A DNA stretch of 64,000 nucleotides from an uncultured Planctomycetia bacterium (lineage in GTDB: Bacteria > Omnitrophota > Gorgyraeia > Tantalellales > Tantalellaceae). Below the pieces are notes generated by a model. It ran no database searches, was not told the origin of the DNA, and was given only the letters and a program-made list of their open reading frames with translations. The position numbers and the translations under genes are program-made. Within the stretch, counting starts at the first letter, position 1. Each line of letters begins with the position of its first letter. Shown in pieces: positions 27,001-42,000 of this stretch. The stretch lies in contig CAYPCX010000008.1 of NCBI GenBank assembly GCA_964409365.1, positions 265 to 64,264 of the forward strand, in the 5' to 3' direction.

Positions 27001-30000
27001 CCCTCTCTTAAAAGCTCCTCGTCACTTTCAGCGACTACGACGGATTCCGCATCAGTACTGGCGAATTGTGAAAAGACAGCCGCTCCTTCTGCGTTCCTGT
27101 CACCAAAAATCAACGCGTTCTTGCCCAGTTGTGTCAGGAAGAGCTCCGCTATCGCGTTGAACTGCGGCACGGAGGTTCCACTCCCGTGATACTCTTCGAT
27201 AAAGAGCACGGCGCTCTCCCCTGTCACGGGAATAACGCGTTTCAGAATACCGCAGATGAATCCCGGCAGGCGTGCCTTTGCGAACAACCGGCCCAAGACC
27301 CTGTACAACGCGGGATGTTTTTCCTTGAACGCCCGCGACTTGCGCGCGTGGTATAACTGGCGGGCAATGCCGTGCACGAGCCAGGCAAGGACCACAACAG
27401 GAAGCGCGAGGATCCCTATCAGGGCCAGGCTTCTCAAGGTCGGGCCTTTGCTTTCGCCTGTTTTCTCGCCGGCTGAAGAGCCCGGCTCCGGTTCCGTTTC
27501 CTTCCCTCTCAGCGTGAACCTGGCGCGCGTGCCTTCTTGAATCCTGATCGGGGTTCCCTTGTCCTCTACAAATTCCTCTTTACCCGGATCATACACAAAC
27601 CTCCGGCCCGTTCCTCTATCACCCGTTTCATATACTATTTCACCGGCTTCGGCAAAACTGGAACCAACCGTGTACCTGAACCCGCGCCCCTGGCCGGAGG
27701 AGATGGCTTCCTGCGAAAAAGCCCATTTTCTTTCCTGTTCGACGTCCCAGTTGCCGCCGCCCGTGCCCCTAGCCACTATCTCAATGCCTGTGGGCACGCC
27801 GTCCGAATAGAGCTTGCGCAACGTAACTATCCCACCGCCACAGTGCCTTTTTACGTTATAAGACAATTCAAAAACGACTCCGCCAACCTTGGTTTCAGAC
27901 CATCCCATACGTTCACATACGTTTCCGAAAAATTCACAAGCCCGTTTTTCTGCTTCGTGGGCAGCTTTCAACTCCACTCTTTCCGTCCTTTCGCCCATGT
28001 CGCTTTCCCTTCCAACCAACTTATCAGAGAAAACGGGTAGGATTTCCATGTTAAACGAAAACCACGCCTCCTGATTCAGTCCCTCGAGCCTGCCCTCGTC
28101 ATTCCTGAGTATCTCAATAGCTCCTTCCTCGAACATCCTCCTCTCTATCTCATGTGCCTCATTACCGGATACTTCAAAGATAGCGTCCCCCGTGGGGTTG
28201 TCTTCAGTGATGTTCAGGTTGCCGGACGGCCTCCATACCTTATCCGCTTCCGAGAACTGCACCCCGCCGTACCCTGTGACGCACGCTTCGGCCGTCACAT
28301 AATAGGTGCCGGACTGCTCCGGCTTGAAAGTGCCTTTAAAGACATAATCATGATAGTTCTGTGGATCCATGCCTCCGACACCCGCGTAAGCCATTGGCAT
28401 GTATTCCGTCGCGACAAAAGCCTGTCTTTCGCGATCGAACTTTCTTATTTTCAGTCGCGCCTGCAGACAATTTGCGACAAATTCAAGATTTTTCGGATTG
28501 CTGGCTTCTTTATCTTCGGGGTCATCTTCCGGCGAAACAGGATAAAAATCTTTTCCGAGATATACATTGAATTGAACATCGTGACTCGAACCTATCTTGC
28601 AATCTATCCTCGACCCGGAAGCGGGTTTAAGTTTTCCCAACCATGAAATGCGCGGGTAAACACCCCCGAGCTCCTGCGAAACGACCAGCTGCCGGAAAAT
28701 CCCGGCTACCTGCTCTATCGTAATGTTCTGGTCGAACTCGATCTCATTCTTAAGGATCTCTATTATCGAGCCGAGCGAATCAAGATCCTCTCTCACTTTA
28801 TTATCGGTATCGCGCAACGTGTCTTTCTGTTCCTCGGGGACCGGAAGGCTGTCAATTATAACGTCCATTGCATCCACCGCTTTTTCCAGGTTGATCCGGA
28901 CACCGTTTATGTGTCTCACTAACAATCTATGCACGTCCTTTATGTCGAGAATCTTCTGCGCTTCCAGTTTAGAGCAAATGGACCTTTCTTTTTCAGCGTG
29001 TCGCTCGAACCGTTCGGTAAGTTCGCGAAGTTGTTCCGCCACCAGATCCTGATCCAAAACATCTATATATTCCCTGAGAAGATGCTTCGTATAGTTGGTC
29101 TTCAATAATCCCGCCGTCGACGCGAAACTGTTATAGACTATATGATATATGTCGCTTTTCAGCTGTTCGGGTTCATTGCCTTTCAACTGATCAAGTAAAG
29201 GCATGACCTCGGACATCGTTAGTACGTGCCCGTTTTCGGCCTTGCCAGTCCCGCGCATGTGTTTTATAAAGAACTCATACTCGTCATGATATGTCCTGTC
29301 GAGATATTCGACCACATCCCGGAAAGAGAACTGCGTCGCGAGCACCACGATGAATAAAGAGTCCAGTTCCGCTTTCCTGTTCCCGTTGGTGTTCATGAGT
29401 TCGCGTACAGTCCTCTGGAATATCCTATCGACACTTCCCGGTGTGAGATCGACCAGGGCATACCTGTTCCTGCTTTCGTCCAGAAAGCCTTTAAGGACGC
29501 CTTGTAGGACCACCAGCCTGGTTTCGCCGGGATGAGCTTCTTTCCATCCTTTGAACCGGTGAACGATCATGTTATCGCGGCACTGCGCCCATTGCTCTTC
29601 GATCTGACCGCTGATATCCCCAAGGGTTCTCTCGATAAGTAAAGGTATTTCTATATCAAAATTTTCCAGATCCTGTCGTCGCCTCGCGTGCCTCTCATAA
29701 AACCTGACCGGATTGCCCAGCAGTTTTTCGCTGTAGTGATCCACGGCCAGTTCCTCGACGAACTCTTGTTCGCTCCCGTAGCTACCGTGCTGCCCCTGAT
29801 AAAGTTTCGCTAAAAGCAAATATCTTCCTTCCCCCAAATGGCCCTTCAAGAAACCGGCAAGCTTGCGTACATGGTCATCGGTTATCATGCCATGCAGCCT
29901 TTCATGGAATCTCCCGTACTCTTTTACTTCGGCCAGGGAAATATCTCTTCCCAGCACTTCACAAAGCGACTGCCTGTAGACCTCCAGGACCTGTTTCGGC

Positions 30001-33000
30001 TGCGCTTCAATCGTGGATATCTGTTCGCCCTTGATGATGCGGAAAAGACCGGAACGGATAATCTCCCGGGCTTCTTCCCTGGTACATATTTTTCCAGCTA
30101 CAAGCCTCCCGGAAAACACCTCCCACAGGTCTTTTTGCCCGTCTCTGACGTACCTGGGCATCGGAAATTTACGTTCTTTGCCGGCTAACCCGTCGTCCTT
30201 CGCGAACGCAGGTTCAGACCTCGTGAGGTCTATATACCCCCTGAATTCAGCGAAAATGCTTCTGTAAAGTTTCGCGAAAAAGTCAGGTTCCGCCAAGCGC
30301 TCCTTACAGCCCTCTATGTCGATCAGAACATATTCCGCGAGATCGATCCTTTTCTCCGAAGCACCCGGATAGTTCTGTTCTAAAATGCCTTCGGTGCCTT
30401 CGACCCTGCTTATCTGACAAAGACCTTCCCGGCCCTCGACCTTGCTGATTCTGAGGTCCTTATCCACCTTGAAAACCTGTCCTATGGGCACAAAATTCAC
30501 ATGGAATTCGAATTTCGGGTCCAGCTCCGGACCTAATTCCTCTTTCGCCTGCTCAGTGATCACGCTAAGCGCTTTCATGATCTCCTGCTGTGTAGTACTA
30601 CTTTCGCGACGGTTTTTGTAATCTACGACAAAATCGATGTCTTTCGGCCATGGTTTCATGCATCCTTTAACAAAACTTCCGATAATATAGTATCGGCTGA
30701 TATCGCTTTCGCTCCTAAAAACATTTATCACCTGCTTGATATACGGATAAAGTTTCGTCAGGCATTCTGAAACATCTTCAAGGTATTCCTCGTGACTCTC
30801 ATTCGCCAACGGCCGGGTTTTTGCCATCGCTTTAACACGCGGGTCTATCCTGTCATAGTCGTAATGTTCCGTAACGAACCTCCAGGCAAGGAGGAACCTG
30901 GTAAGGAGACTCTCCCCGTAGGCCTCTTTCAGAAGCGCCTTCTCTTTCCCGAAATACCTGCCGGAGGCGAAACCTTCCGGACGGTCTACGGACCTGTCCT
31001 TTTCTTCCCCAAAGAACCGGTCTACCCTTGCCTTCAAGTCCTTCTGCCTTTCAAGAAGCGCTCTGTGGTCAGGCATATCGTTGAAGAGGATCACCAGGGC
31101 TTCTTCCAGCTTCCACAGGAACTTAAGCGACCAGCCCATATTGGTATGGGCGGCTTCATGGGAAAGCCTCTCATGGAGGAGCTGCGCGGCTACCTCTTTG
31201 TCTTCTACATCAAGAATGGTATCGATAAAATGCTTATCAAGAACGATGAACCTTCTGCCGGAACGGCTTGTGTATTTCGCGGCGTTCGAGGAAAGATCGG
31301 GATACAATACTATAACGGGCGGAGCCCTCAACGACGGAAAATGGGTATACACGAAATCCTTGATGACCGAAAGCAACCGCGCGATATAACCTGCCGGTTT
31401 AATCTTATTCGCGAGGTTCAAGAGTCCCGCCAGCTTTACGGCCTTTTCCCTTCTGGCCTTACTTCCCAGCGGTTTCCTCACCACATATTCGCCGCTTTCG
31501 TACCTTATCCCGGTACCGATCAAGCTTGATTCATCTATTGTCTCTACCGCCTCTCCGGCAGGATAGGAAACGATCGCATCTTCCTGCATATGCCTTGCCA
31601 TCTTTATGGACTCGTCCAGCGGAGCCAGGTCAACACCCTTTTCTCTTTCGAGCGCGGCCTTCATCTCACCGAGCAATCCTATCATCCTGTTCTTTAGTTC
31701 CCCCGCCCAGAACTTTCTGAGATACCCGGCGTGATCGATCGCCTGGTCCGTCCCGGCTGAGTCGCTTATCATCAATTTGCTTAAATTATCCAGAGCGGCC
31801 GGATCTGTTCCTTTCAAGCTTTTCTCATGTTCTTTCCCGATGGTGGAAAGAACTACAGCAAGAATGAACCGTCGCATGAACGCCTGCTTCCTGTCCGGGA
31901 AGCCCTGCGGGAAATTTTCATCCACATATTCCTGGAAAGCCTTATAAAAACGTGCTGACACTTTTCCCTTCCAGGGACATTTCACCACTTCCGGCCCCGG
32001 CAACGCGCTCATCGGAAGATACCAGTTATCCAACGCCTCGTAAAGCTCGGCAACCTCCCCTAAAAACCGCTTGCCGGGTCCTTCTTTTTCGATCCCGATC
32101 AGCCTCGCGTAAAGAATATCAAAGAACAGGCGCTGGTTCTCCACGAGATTCATATCAATATACGGCGATCTGCCGAACCTTTTCTCCTCCTCGATCAGGT
32201 CCCTTACCCTGTTCATGTATCTTTTCCACATCGTCCTGCAATTGACGATACCCTTAAGATCAGCGGTCACGGGCTTTTCTTTTTCTACGATAGTAACGAC
32301 CCGTGCCATGCTCACCTGGTCGGCACTTATCTTCTCACCAGAGTTTTCCAGATCGTCGAGGAACAATCCGACAAGCTCGGACATCTTTGTCTTTTGAGCA
32401 ACGAGGGTAAAGGCCTCTTCCGCGGTCTGTTCCCCAAAAACCGGCTTATACGCGCGCCCGACCATTTCAGAAACAAAGGCCTCCTTTATCGCTTTAATAT
32501 CCCTTTCGCGGGTGTACGCCCGGTGATGCATCTTGGCATTCTCCAGCGAATAGGTGAAGTTCAAACCCGCCAGGTTGACTTCCTCCGACAGGAGAAGATC
32601 CATCATATCCCCGACCTTATCCTTTATCTCCCGGCGGCTGCGTTCCGGTCCATCGACGCAGGATATGGAATCAAAATCTATAGTGACAACAACGGGTTTG
32701 TCCCCTATTATCTCGGAATATCTCTTCTTCAGCTCATCTATCGTCGCGAAACTGTGGTCATATAGATACCCTTTGTCCTTGTCGGGATTGTTCTCGCTCC
32801 CGTATATCCATATTTTCCTGCCTTTCAGCAGATCCTCTTTAACCATAAAATACATCCAGTTCGCCGGGTTCAGCCATCTACCCGACCTGCAGTCATTATG
32901 AAAATCGATATTGATAACAGCCGCTTCCTCGGGCAGGGTCTTACCCGATTCGCGTTTGGCCCAGCAATAGAACATATCATGGTCGTTATGGACCATGACC

Positions 33001-36000
33001 GGTATCTCCCGGCCTTTTTTATTCTTCAGCGCGGTTATCCCGGAAAACTTTCCGGCTATCTTTTTGATCTTCGCCATCCTGTGCAGATACCATCCCCAAT
33101 AGATGAATAAGCCGAAAACAGCGGTCAGCACACTCCCCACTCCCCACACGGGATTCATGTTCAGGTAAACACCGCTATCAGACCTTTGTTTTGGCATACC
33201 CAGCGTGATCTTGCCCGAAAGGGCGCCTTCCTCATCCAGATACCGGTATTCCGGCGAAACCCGTTCTTTCCAGAATTCCTGGGCCGGTTCATCTTCGATC
33301 TTCACCTCATAATTTTTAACGCCTCTGGTCCGAAGATGATCTTCCACGCTCTCGACCAAAAAGGCGCCCAGCTGATCGCTTCCGTGAAGAAGCTCTGCAT
33401 ACAGACCATCCACGATAGCTTCATTTTCTTCTGTTCCCGCCGAGCTTGCGGAAAAGACCGAATAACGCAGGAAACCGACAGGTTTACCACCGGCAAGGGC
33501 GACAAAAAATCCGTTATCATCGGCATCAGGCTCCGCTCTTTCCATCCAATCGATATAATTCCTGCCGTTTTGCGCGACTCCTTCACTCATAAGGAATGCG
33601 GCGAATCCTTCCCTTTCCTCCTCGCTCAAACGGCTCGAATGTATAACCCGAGCGGTGTATTCCTGTCCCGATATATCTCTAAGCACACGCTTCCTATCCC
33701 GGATGGGCAGCGCGGTAGTGCCGTCTTCGTCCCGCGGCGCTCTTCTCCCGGGCATGAACGCGAAGCACAAAAGCGTATAGAGAACACCCAATAGCCCGGC
33801 CCCCGCCAGCACCTTTGCTAACACGTCGCTTGTCCCGATCAAGGATACACCCCCCGGGAACGGCAATATCGCGCCCAGGACTATCCCTGCCGCAACGGCC
33901 ACGGCAACCCACTTCATATCGAGCCCGGCGCCCCAGAAACGATTCATGCCCAGATAGAACCCGCCAGTATCCTCCTGCGCAACATTGGGACCTGATCCAT
34001 CTCTGACTTCTTCTATTTGCGCAACGTGCTTTTCAACAAGGGCTTCCATGGCTGCTTGCAATTCAAGCGTCCTTTTGTCAAGTATAAGCTTGTGCCCTCC
34101 CCGGTTCAGGATATATTCATCATCACGGCACTCCGTGCGCAGGTCCCGCTTTAAGAACTCTTCCAGTCCTTTGTTCTGTAAAAACCCGGTGAATTCATCA
34201 TAGAACTGCTCATAGATATCTGAAAGTGCTTCTTCTTTTGCGCTCTTTTTCCCCGTTTTAAGGTAAGCGAGCAAAGAGGTATGCAGAAGGTGAGTCATCC
34301 TCAAAGCCCCGCGGTGGCCTGACCTGTCAGACAGGACATTCCCCAGACCATATTCCGTTAGTTCGTCAAACGTTTCTTTTACCCCTTTAACGACATCCCA
34401 CGGGACCACATCCTTCTTTTGCCTGTACGCATATTGGTTCTTTTTCTCATTGAGCCGTTTATCGGATGCGGTCAGGAACCCTTCCGCCAGTGTTATCAAA
34501 TTCACGCCTTCTTCAAAAGCTTCCTTGGCCTCTTCCCTTCGGAATATGCCGGGTCTTGCCACGTTTATATGCAGGGGAAGCACTATATCGGCCCCTGTCG
34601 GAATTATCCCCAGGTCCTGCATGGTGTCTATCATCTCCGCCACGTCTTTCCAGTCCCTTGCCGGTTGCGGCGAAATTTCGAGTATCACCCGGTCCTCCAT
34701 GAACTCATGCTTGTCATCAGTCTCTATGTCGAGCAGCTTCATCAATGCCTTCGTGGCTTTCACGGGATACCCTTCGACCGAACGCTCGATCTCTATCTCA
34801 CAACCTATGGTCGGGAAATCCTCCAGGGCCTTTTCTCTTTCCAGGCACTCACTTATTCTTCCCCTCAAACACTCAACGACCTCTTCCGGCTCGGCGCGTT
34901 CTTTCCAGAGCATATGATAAGCTTTCAGTTTCAGGTTCGCGCCCGCGCCCCTTGATATCCCCATAAGGCCCTGATGTATATCGGCATCATCCAGCACGTC
35001 TTCAAATAACGCATGTAAAGCGGACCTGCCACCCGCCTCATACCCCTCTTCGGTGAAGACTTCCTCGACCGTCTGCATAAAGTCGGTCACCACGAACTTC
35101 TCATAAGCTTCATCCACGGTCATCTTCCTGCCGAAGAACGTGGAGAGAACGGTCATCCATATAAGGCGCAGCTTCCAGGAGAAGGCGGACCATGATCCTG
35201 AATTATACAGGCGTTCTATCTCATACAGTTCGAGGGCTTTCTCTTTATGGAAGTCCCAGGTGCGTTTCCCCCTTCCGGGGCCCCTTATGGCGGCCATGAT
35301 CCCGATAAAGCCCGGCTTCCTTTCCGAAAGGACTTCCCTGATATACTCACGTGTCTCGTCCCGTCCGGCTTCGTCCACGGGTAAGGGTCTGGGTCCGAAC
35401 ACCGCCATCTCGCCCTTGAACAGGTTGATGATCTGCGGGAATTCGTCGAGCCCACGGTCTCTCAGGAATTCGCCGTATTTCCTCACTTTCCCGTCACTGT
35501 CCATTGTCCTCAGCTTATAGCACCTGAACACCTTACCCTTGTGTCCGTACCTTTCCTGGACGAAGAAGAAGCCCTTCAACGTATCGATAGACTCGCGTAT
35601 GAACGCCAGAATCGAGAGAATAAGCGACTCCAGCGCCGCCTTAAGCGCATCAAGCCATAAGAAAGGCCGTTTTTCTTCAGGTGAATCCAGTGATTTCACG
35701 CCAAATTTCATGTTGTCTTTTCCGCGATAATCACGTCCTTCTTCCGATATGAACTTTTTCCAAAGATTCTGGGCGGCACCATTGCTTTCTACCCCGACGA
35801 AATACTCCCTCACTCCACGGCCCCTGAGATAATCTTCCAGACATTCGACCACAAACGTCCCTAAACCTTTCTCGCGATGTTCAAGTGCTACATATAAACT
35901 GTGGACGTGGGCCTCACTCGGGGAAAAGACCAGATACTTGATAATACCTGCCGGTTCTCCGTCGACCAACGCGATAAAGAATCCCTCACTGTCACTGACC

Positions 36001-39000
36001 CAGTCAAGGGACTTTCTCGCGATCTTCCGGGCGTTTTCTATATCCCCCTTGAAGATCACCTGGGACACCTTTTTCTCCTCCGCCATGAAATCAGCGACTT
36101 TATCTTTCTCTTCCGGCGTTAACTCGGTCGTGTGGGCCACGCGGGCCGTACACCTTTCCCCCGTCTTAGAAACAAGGACTCGCGTCCATTCCAGAACGGG
36201 CGCTTCGCCTTCCCTCGCTTCTTCTAACTCCAACGCGGGTTCGGACCCCTGTTTTTTAGAGCTGAGGGCAAGCCAGACCGACGCGCTGGTAAAAGCGGCG
36301 GCAAGAAAATACTGCCAGTAGAACGGCTCACAACCATAGAGGCAGGAAAACATGACCGCCAGGACGGGAAACAGCCCTATAACGGGAAAATACCGCGTAA
36401 GGTGGTAATCCTTGATGCTGAGTATCTTGGTATAGACCAGCCAGTTAGTAATATAGGCGACGGCGAAAAGCGGGAATGCCCAATGCAGGAAAAAAGTTCC
36501 ATGGGTCAAAAGAACCCCTATATCCGGCGCTAAAACAGTCTTCAATACAGGAGGCAGGAAACCGCCCGCGAGGGATAAAGATACCAGCGAGGTGAGGCTT
36601 CCCCAGCAGATCGCCCCCATTATATACATGGTCTGGGTTATCGCGGCGGGAAGATTCCGTAAAAGAGCCCTTTTCGTACTTTCTTCCATTTCCTGATCAT
36701 CGTGTACGCTATTGAACAGCTTCTTGATCAGGATGTTCCTCACGGCGTTGACCATAGAAGCCGCCACGACCAGTATGATGCCCGTAGCGCTCAAAGCGAG
36801 ATCTTTATCGGCTATATAAGTAAGCCACCAGATGCCCGCGATAATGCCGAAATTACCGGCAACTTTGCGTGAGGTGATCTTCTCGCCCAGGAACAGGGCG
36901 GCCAGGACCATCACGCCGATATGAGTGAGCTGTATCAGCACGGCGAAAGCGCCCGCCGAAATGAAGAGCAGCGAATAATTGCAGAGCATGGCGGCGGCGA
37001 ACTGGATCAGTATCCCGATAGTGACCATCTGGAGCCGCTGGGGCCAGCTGAGGGTCTTCCAGACCATCCTGAGCGAACCAAAGGGATCGAATATCTTTTT
37101 CGACTGCGGCTCGTCCTGGGAAAGATCGGGTGATCTATCATCTTCCAGGCGATAAAGGCCGGATGCCATAAGCATGCTGCCCAGGATAACGAAGCCGAAC
37201 GAGAAACCGATGGCCCAGGGGAAATACGAAGTGGTAAGGGCCAGCGGCTTACAGGTCCCTATCATGCCCTTAAGCAGGGGCAACACCGCCGCCACGACCG
37301 TTATGATGATAAATCCCATGGTGCGGGGATGGCCCACGAACCAGTCGCCGAGACGGTTCAAAAGAGGCGCCTCAAGACGGCGTTCGCCCGGAGTCGTGAC
37401 CTTTTTGAGCTTGAATTCACGCATGAGATACCTCGTCGCATCCAGGCACCTGCGGCCTGTCGCGACACTGACGGGCACCATCGGGCTCAGGGGATCATAC
37501 TCGTTCACACTGAGACCGAAACGCCTGTTCACCATGGAATAATCGTTGCCTCCCCTGTTCGCTTTATCCCCGACTGTCGCTATACGTCCTTCAGGAATAC
37601 CGAACCTTTCCCGCACAAAATCCACGGCATTCATCTTTTGAATATCCGCCTGGTCTATATCGATCGTTGAATGCGTCTCGACGACGTTCAGGTCGATACT
37701 GACCTTTGTTTCCAGATCCTCTCTGACAATAGCGCCCGCTTTCGCGACCTCTTCAGGATCCATATTTAGCGATATCCCGCCCCGCTTATGTTCGACCAGT
37801 GTGACCTCCGGAAAATCTTCAAAGCCGGTGAAATGCTTCGCAACTTCCTTCTGGACACCATGATCGAATTTGACATCGACACGGGACACTTCTTCTCTCT
37901 CCGGGTAAGATCCCGGATAACCGTTAACGGCGAAGCAGCCGTTCTCCGGCACGGCCCATAAAAGGCCGAGCGCGCTTTCGTCTATGCCACGTTCCTGTAG
38001 CCTCGCGCGTATTTTTTTGAACACGTCGTCCTCTATATCATTAATGCCGTTCTCTCTTAACTTGCCGGCATCGTTATTCTCGCTCAGGTTAAGCATCCGG
38101 CCGCTCGCCATCACGATCAATTTGCCTTCGCTTATACGGTCAACGATCCAGTCGATCACATCTTCCGGCATGTCACCGTTATCATCCGTCAAGACCCTGT
38201 CGATATCAAAAATAACGGCTTCATATTCTCTCGCGAGCGCTATTTTCAGCCGTATAAATGCCGCGACCTTTTCCGTGTACACGAACTGTGCCAGGTATGC
38301 CAAAGCGCCCCAGAGGTTCCTTCCCAGCCAGTTCTCTGATAAGAATCCGGGTATCGCAAATTCGAACCTTTCGTGGTTGGCGTATAAGGCTTGCAATAAA
38401 AGCGGTCGTCCTTTGAGTTCAGCTTTGTTGGCGTAGAGCGTGCCGTTCTCTACGTAGGTAAGGCGCTTTTCACTTTTCGGCGGGGCTTCAGCTTTTTCGA
38501 AGAAAGAAAGCAGATCCTCTTCCTCCGGCCCGGCCCTCAAAAGCCCCAGCTTAACGAACAGGGAATTTAAGGGGTGAACGACCAGCCAGTCTAGAAGTTC
38601 GGTAACAATTCCTTTTGTGTAGTAGAGGTCCGATGTCTGATAAAGGTAAGCAAGCGCGAACAAAGTCGGTATGTTCAAAAGAAGCACCCCACCCGTCCCG
38701 CACAGGCCCGCAAAACCGGCTACAAGTGACACCGCCAGCGGGACCGTAAATACACCCGCGGCTCCCCACGCACCCTGCCAGGAGACGGGCTGTATCCCGC
38801 GCTTCTTTTCGAAAGTTGTTTTCCAAAAAAGTATCGTTTTCCTCTCCTTGCCCACAAATTTCGCGTACTTCAGATTACACAAAGACTTTAACGTGTCCAT
38901 AAAAGCTTCCCACCTGAAAGATCCCAGGGATTTCACCACGCCTTCATACAACTCCTCTACGTCCAACTTTTTATTCATCATTCCGGGGTTTGCCTCGAAA

Positions 39001-42000
39001 AAGGCCAAAATTTCTTCCCTGTTCTGCCTGAGGGCCTCACGATACTCATCCATCTCTTGCATGTAAGAAGGGTCTCTTTTTTTCGCGGGCCGAAAACCAT
39101 CATCATTCCCGGACCGCCCCCCTCTGCTTTCGCCGTCATCGTCCCGCCCAATACTCGACGTTGATGTTCCGAGGATGGTCTTTCTATGCAGCGGGAACAG
39201 CGTATAGTAGACCCCCTTCCAGAACGCCGTCATGCAGAACTGCAGGCCCGTTAAACGGGCGAAGTTCGCGTTGATCTCATCCAGCACCGCCAGACGGAGG
39301 GCATGAGTACGCGGCAGAACGGACATCACGGCCAGATCTATCATAAAATATATCAGCGACGCGAAGGCTGTTACGGCGAGCAGCAGCAAAGCGCCGTTGG
39401 CCACACTATACATGGCAGAGTGCAAAAATCTTGTTATAGCGGTACCTTCTTTAAGCTCCCCGGCCGTAAAAAGACCCGGCTTGTCGCGAAATAGACCGGT
39501 TATGACCTCCCCGCCGGTCATCTTCAATTGCGTGTCGGGGTCCGCGACCGCGCTGTAACCGAACCTGTCTTCATCATCGGTTACGGCCTCGCCCTTTGCG
39601 TGCCCGCACATGTATGTCAGGAAAAGTTTCTTTTTCGCGGGCGCGGAGAACATGACCGAACTGACTTCATCTTCCGTCATGATACCGTCGGTAGCCTGCC
39701 ATGCCTTCCAACTGCCGTGCCCCATGACAATGATGCGTTCAACTTCGGGTTCGCGGAGCGCCGTCTTCAGGTCGTCCTTTGTCGCGTCCGGGACGACGTC
39801 AAGCTGGTACCCTTTAAACCACCAGTAAGGCCTTAATATCGCGGCGATCGAGATGAAGTCCTCTCGCGTCACCCTTTTGTCGGCGCTGCTCACAAGGACG
39901 GTGATCCTCTTATTTCTTTTAAAAGGACCGGGGTTTAACTCGAGTTTTCCCAGCACGGACATGATGATCCCGGCGACCTTCGTTATGATCAGCCCGCCGA
40001 TAAGCCACGTGACGACGTGGTATGTAAGGAAATGCACACCGAGCGCCGCGACCATCGCTAAACCTAAGAATGACACGATCGTCTTCCACCCGAACTGCTG
40101 GAACGCGCCGGCTCCCATGCCGAGATACACTGACCCGGCGGTATCTTTACTGGCCCCCTCCTCTCGTTTGTCTTCTTCTTCGGCTTGAGGAGCATGAGTA
40201 ACTTTTACGATACCACAATCGCTTCCTTCAAAAGACTCTGGTTTTTCAAAACTGGCGTTAAGCCCATGCGTTGCTGCCAACTCATTAAAAAGATCCTTAT
40301 ATTCATCAGTGAATGGTATGGTAACTACGGCCTGGCCGCCGTTTGCCAGATAACTGCTGACTTCGTTCATAAAGCGGCGGAAAAGACCTTTATCCTCGAG
40401 CCACGAATTAAAAATGATAAGATCGAATTTTTCTCCCTGTTCGATCGGTTCGAACAGGTCACCCAGAAGACAGGTGACCTGCCCCGGTTTTATCAAACCT
40501 TTTCTTTCCGCTTCCAGGACATTTACAACAAGATTCGCATAAAAGAATTCCACTTTATCCGTAGCTACACATTCAGCCCAGGGCATATTTACCGCGCAGT
40601 TCAGTATCTGGACGCCGCTGGCCGAGCCGATATCAAGGATTTTTTGCGCTGATGGGTTTACTATGCCGGATTCTTCGGAAAGGATATACTTACGAAGAGG
40701 CACAGTGGTTCTTGCACCATCCGCGGGCCATGTATTAACAGTGCTCAATATTTCATGAGGCTCCCCGTTCCCGGGGAAGACAGCGGACACGTAACTTGCC
40801 GGAAATTCTGCTTCTTTCCCATCTCTAAATTTACATCTGACTTCGTGAGTATATCCTCCTTGTTCCTTTTCACGAATGTCATAAGATTCCACTTGTATCC
40901 CAATTCTGCCGCCGTCCTGCCGCTTGTCGGCCTCTTGCCCGAACTGCGCGAAGCCTTGTAACATCGTCAAAAACATGCCCTTTTCTTCCCGGGTCAATCC
41001 TCTTTCGGGGTCTAATATCTGCCGCTGGCCCTCCTCGGAAAGGAGTTCCTGAACCTGTTCCGGGGTCATCTCCCCGATCCCGAATTTGCGGTGAACATGA
41101 TCTAACATCTCATGTAAAGCGCCTCTTTCTCTTTCGCTCCATGTCCTCTCCCTGTAATGTACCTTGTAAGTTATAAGGGGATTGCGGCTATAGTAATCGT
41201 CGCTATCGTATCTTCTGTCAACCTCCTCCGAATCGACTATTTCTTTCGTCCGGTCATATTTGAATTCCATTATGTCATCGCACTCTACCAGCTCTTCTAT
41301 GACCTCCTCCCCGGTCACATACCTCTCTTCCAGCCGTTCCCTGGCCTCATCGGAACCGAGATAATAATCCCTTAACGGCAGCACCTTTATAAAGTCGGGG
41401 GCGGCGATGCCGCTTTCCCCACCCATCGGCAGTTCGAAGGTCGTTCCATACCGATCCTCTTCGACCTTTGCGAAACCAAGCCGGGGATATAGATCCTCGA
41501 CCAGGGAATTCCTTTCTCCTTTTTTATAACTGCCGCGGATCCTGACCGTATCCGGACTGCTCCTTTTAATGTCATCCAGAACATACGCGAGAAACGCTTT
41601 TTCCGTTTCCAGGCCGATCGCCCTGCAGCTCAGGCAGAAACTGTGTATGACCGCTTCCCTTTCCATCCTGCTGTAAGACTCGGGATGTAATCTGTGGGAA
41701 TAGGCCACGATAACCCCTACCACTCCGTTATTGCCGAATTTATCTATTAACTCTAACGAATAGATATAGCTTGAATATCCTTCGTGTCTGATAAAAGCCT
41801 CTATTTCTTCCTGTGAAAGACGGTAAAGCGTCGGATTGAACTGATTTGTCCTTTGGGTCAACTGCGCCAACCTTGACGCAAAACCTAGATTTTCAGTCCC
41901 TCTCCGTATTACCGCCACCATTTCCAACGAGCGATAGAAATCCTCCAGGGACCTCGATAGCCGTCTGAGCTCCTCTCTCTGTTCCCTTGCCTTGACCAGT

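Noticed and set aside
28170-28620. Possible carbohydrate-binding/Ig-like module in the giant protein (MPMAYAG..DYVFKGTF..GTYYVT)
   Set aside because: Beta-rich pattern is suggestive but no diagnostic motif; cannot be supported without a profile search.
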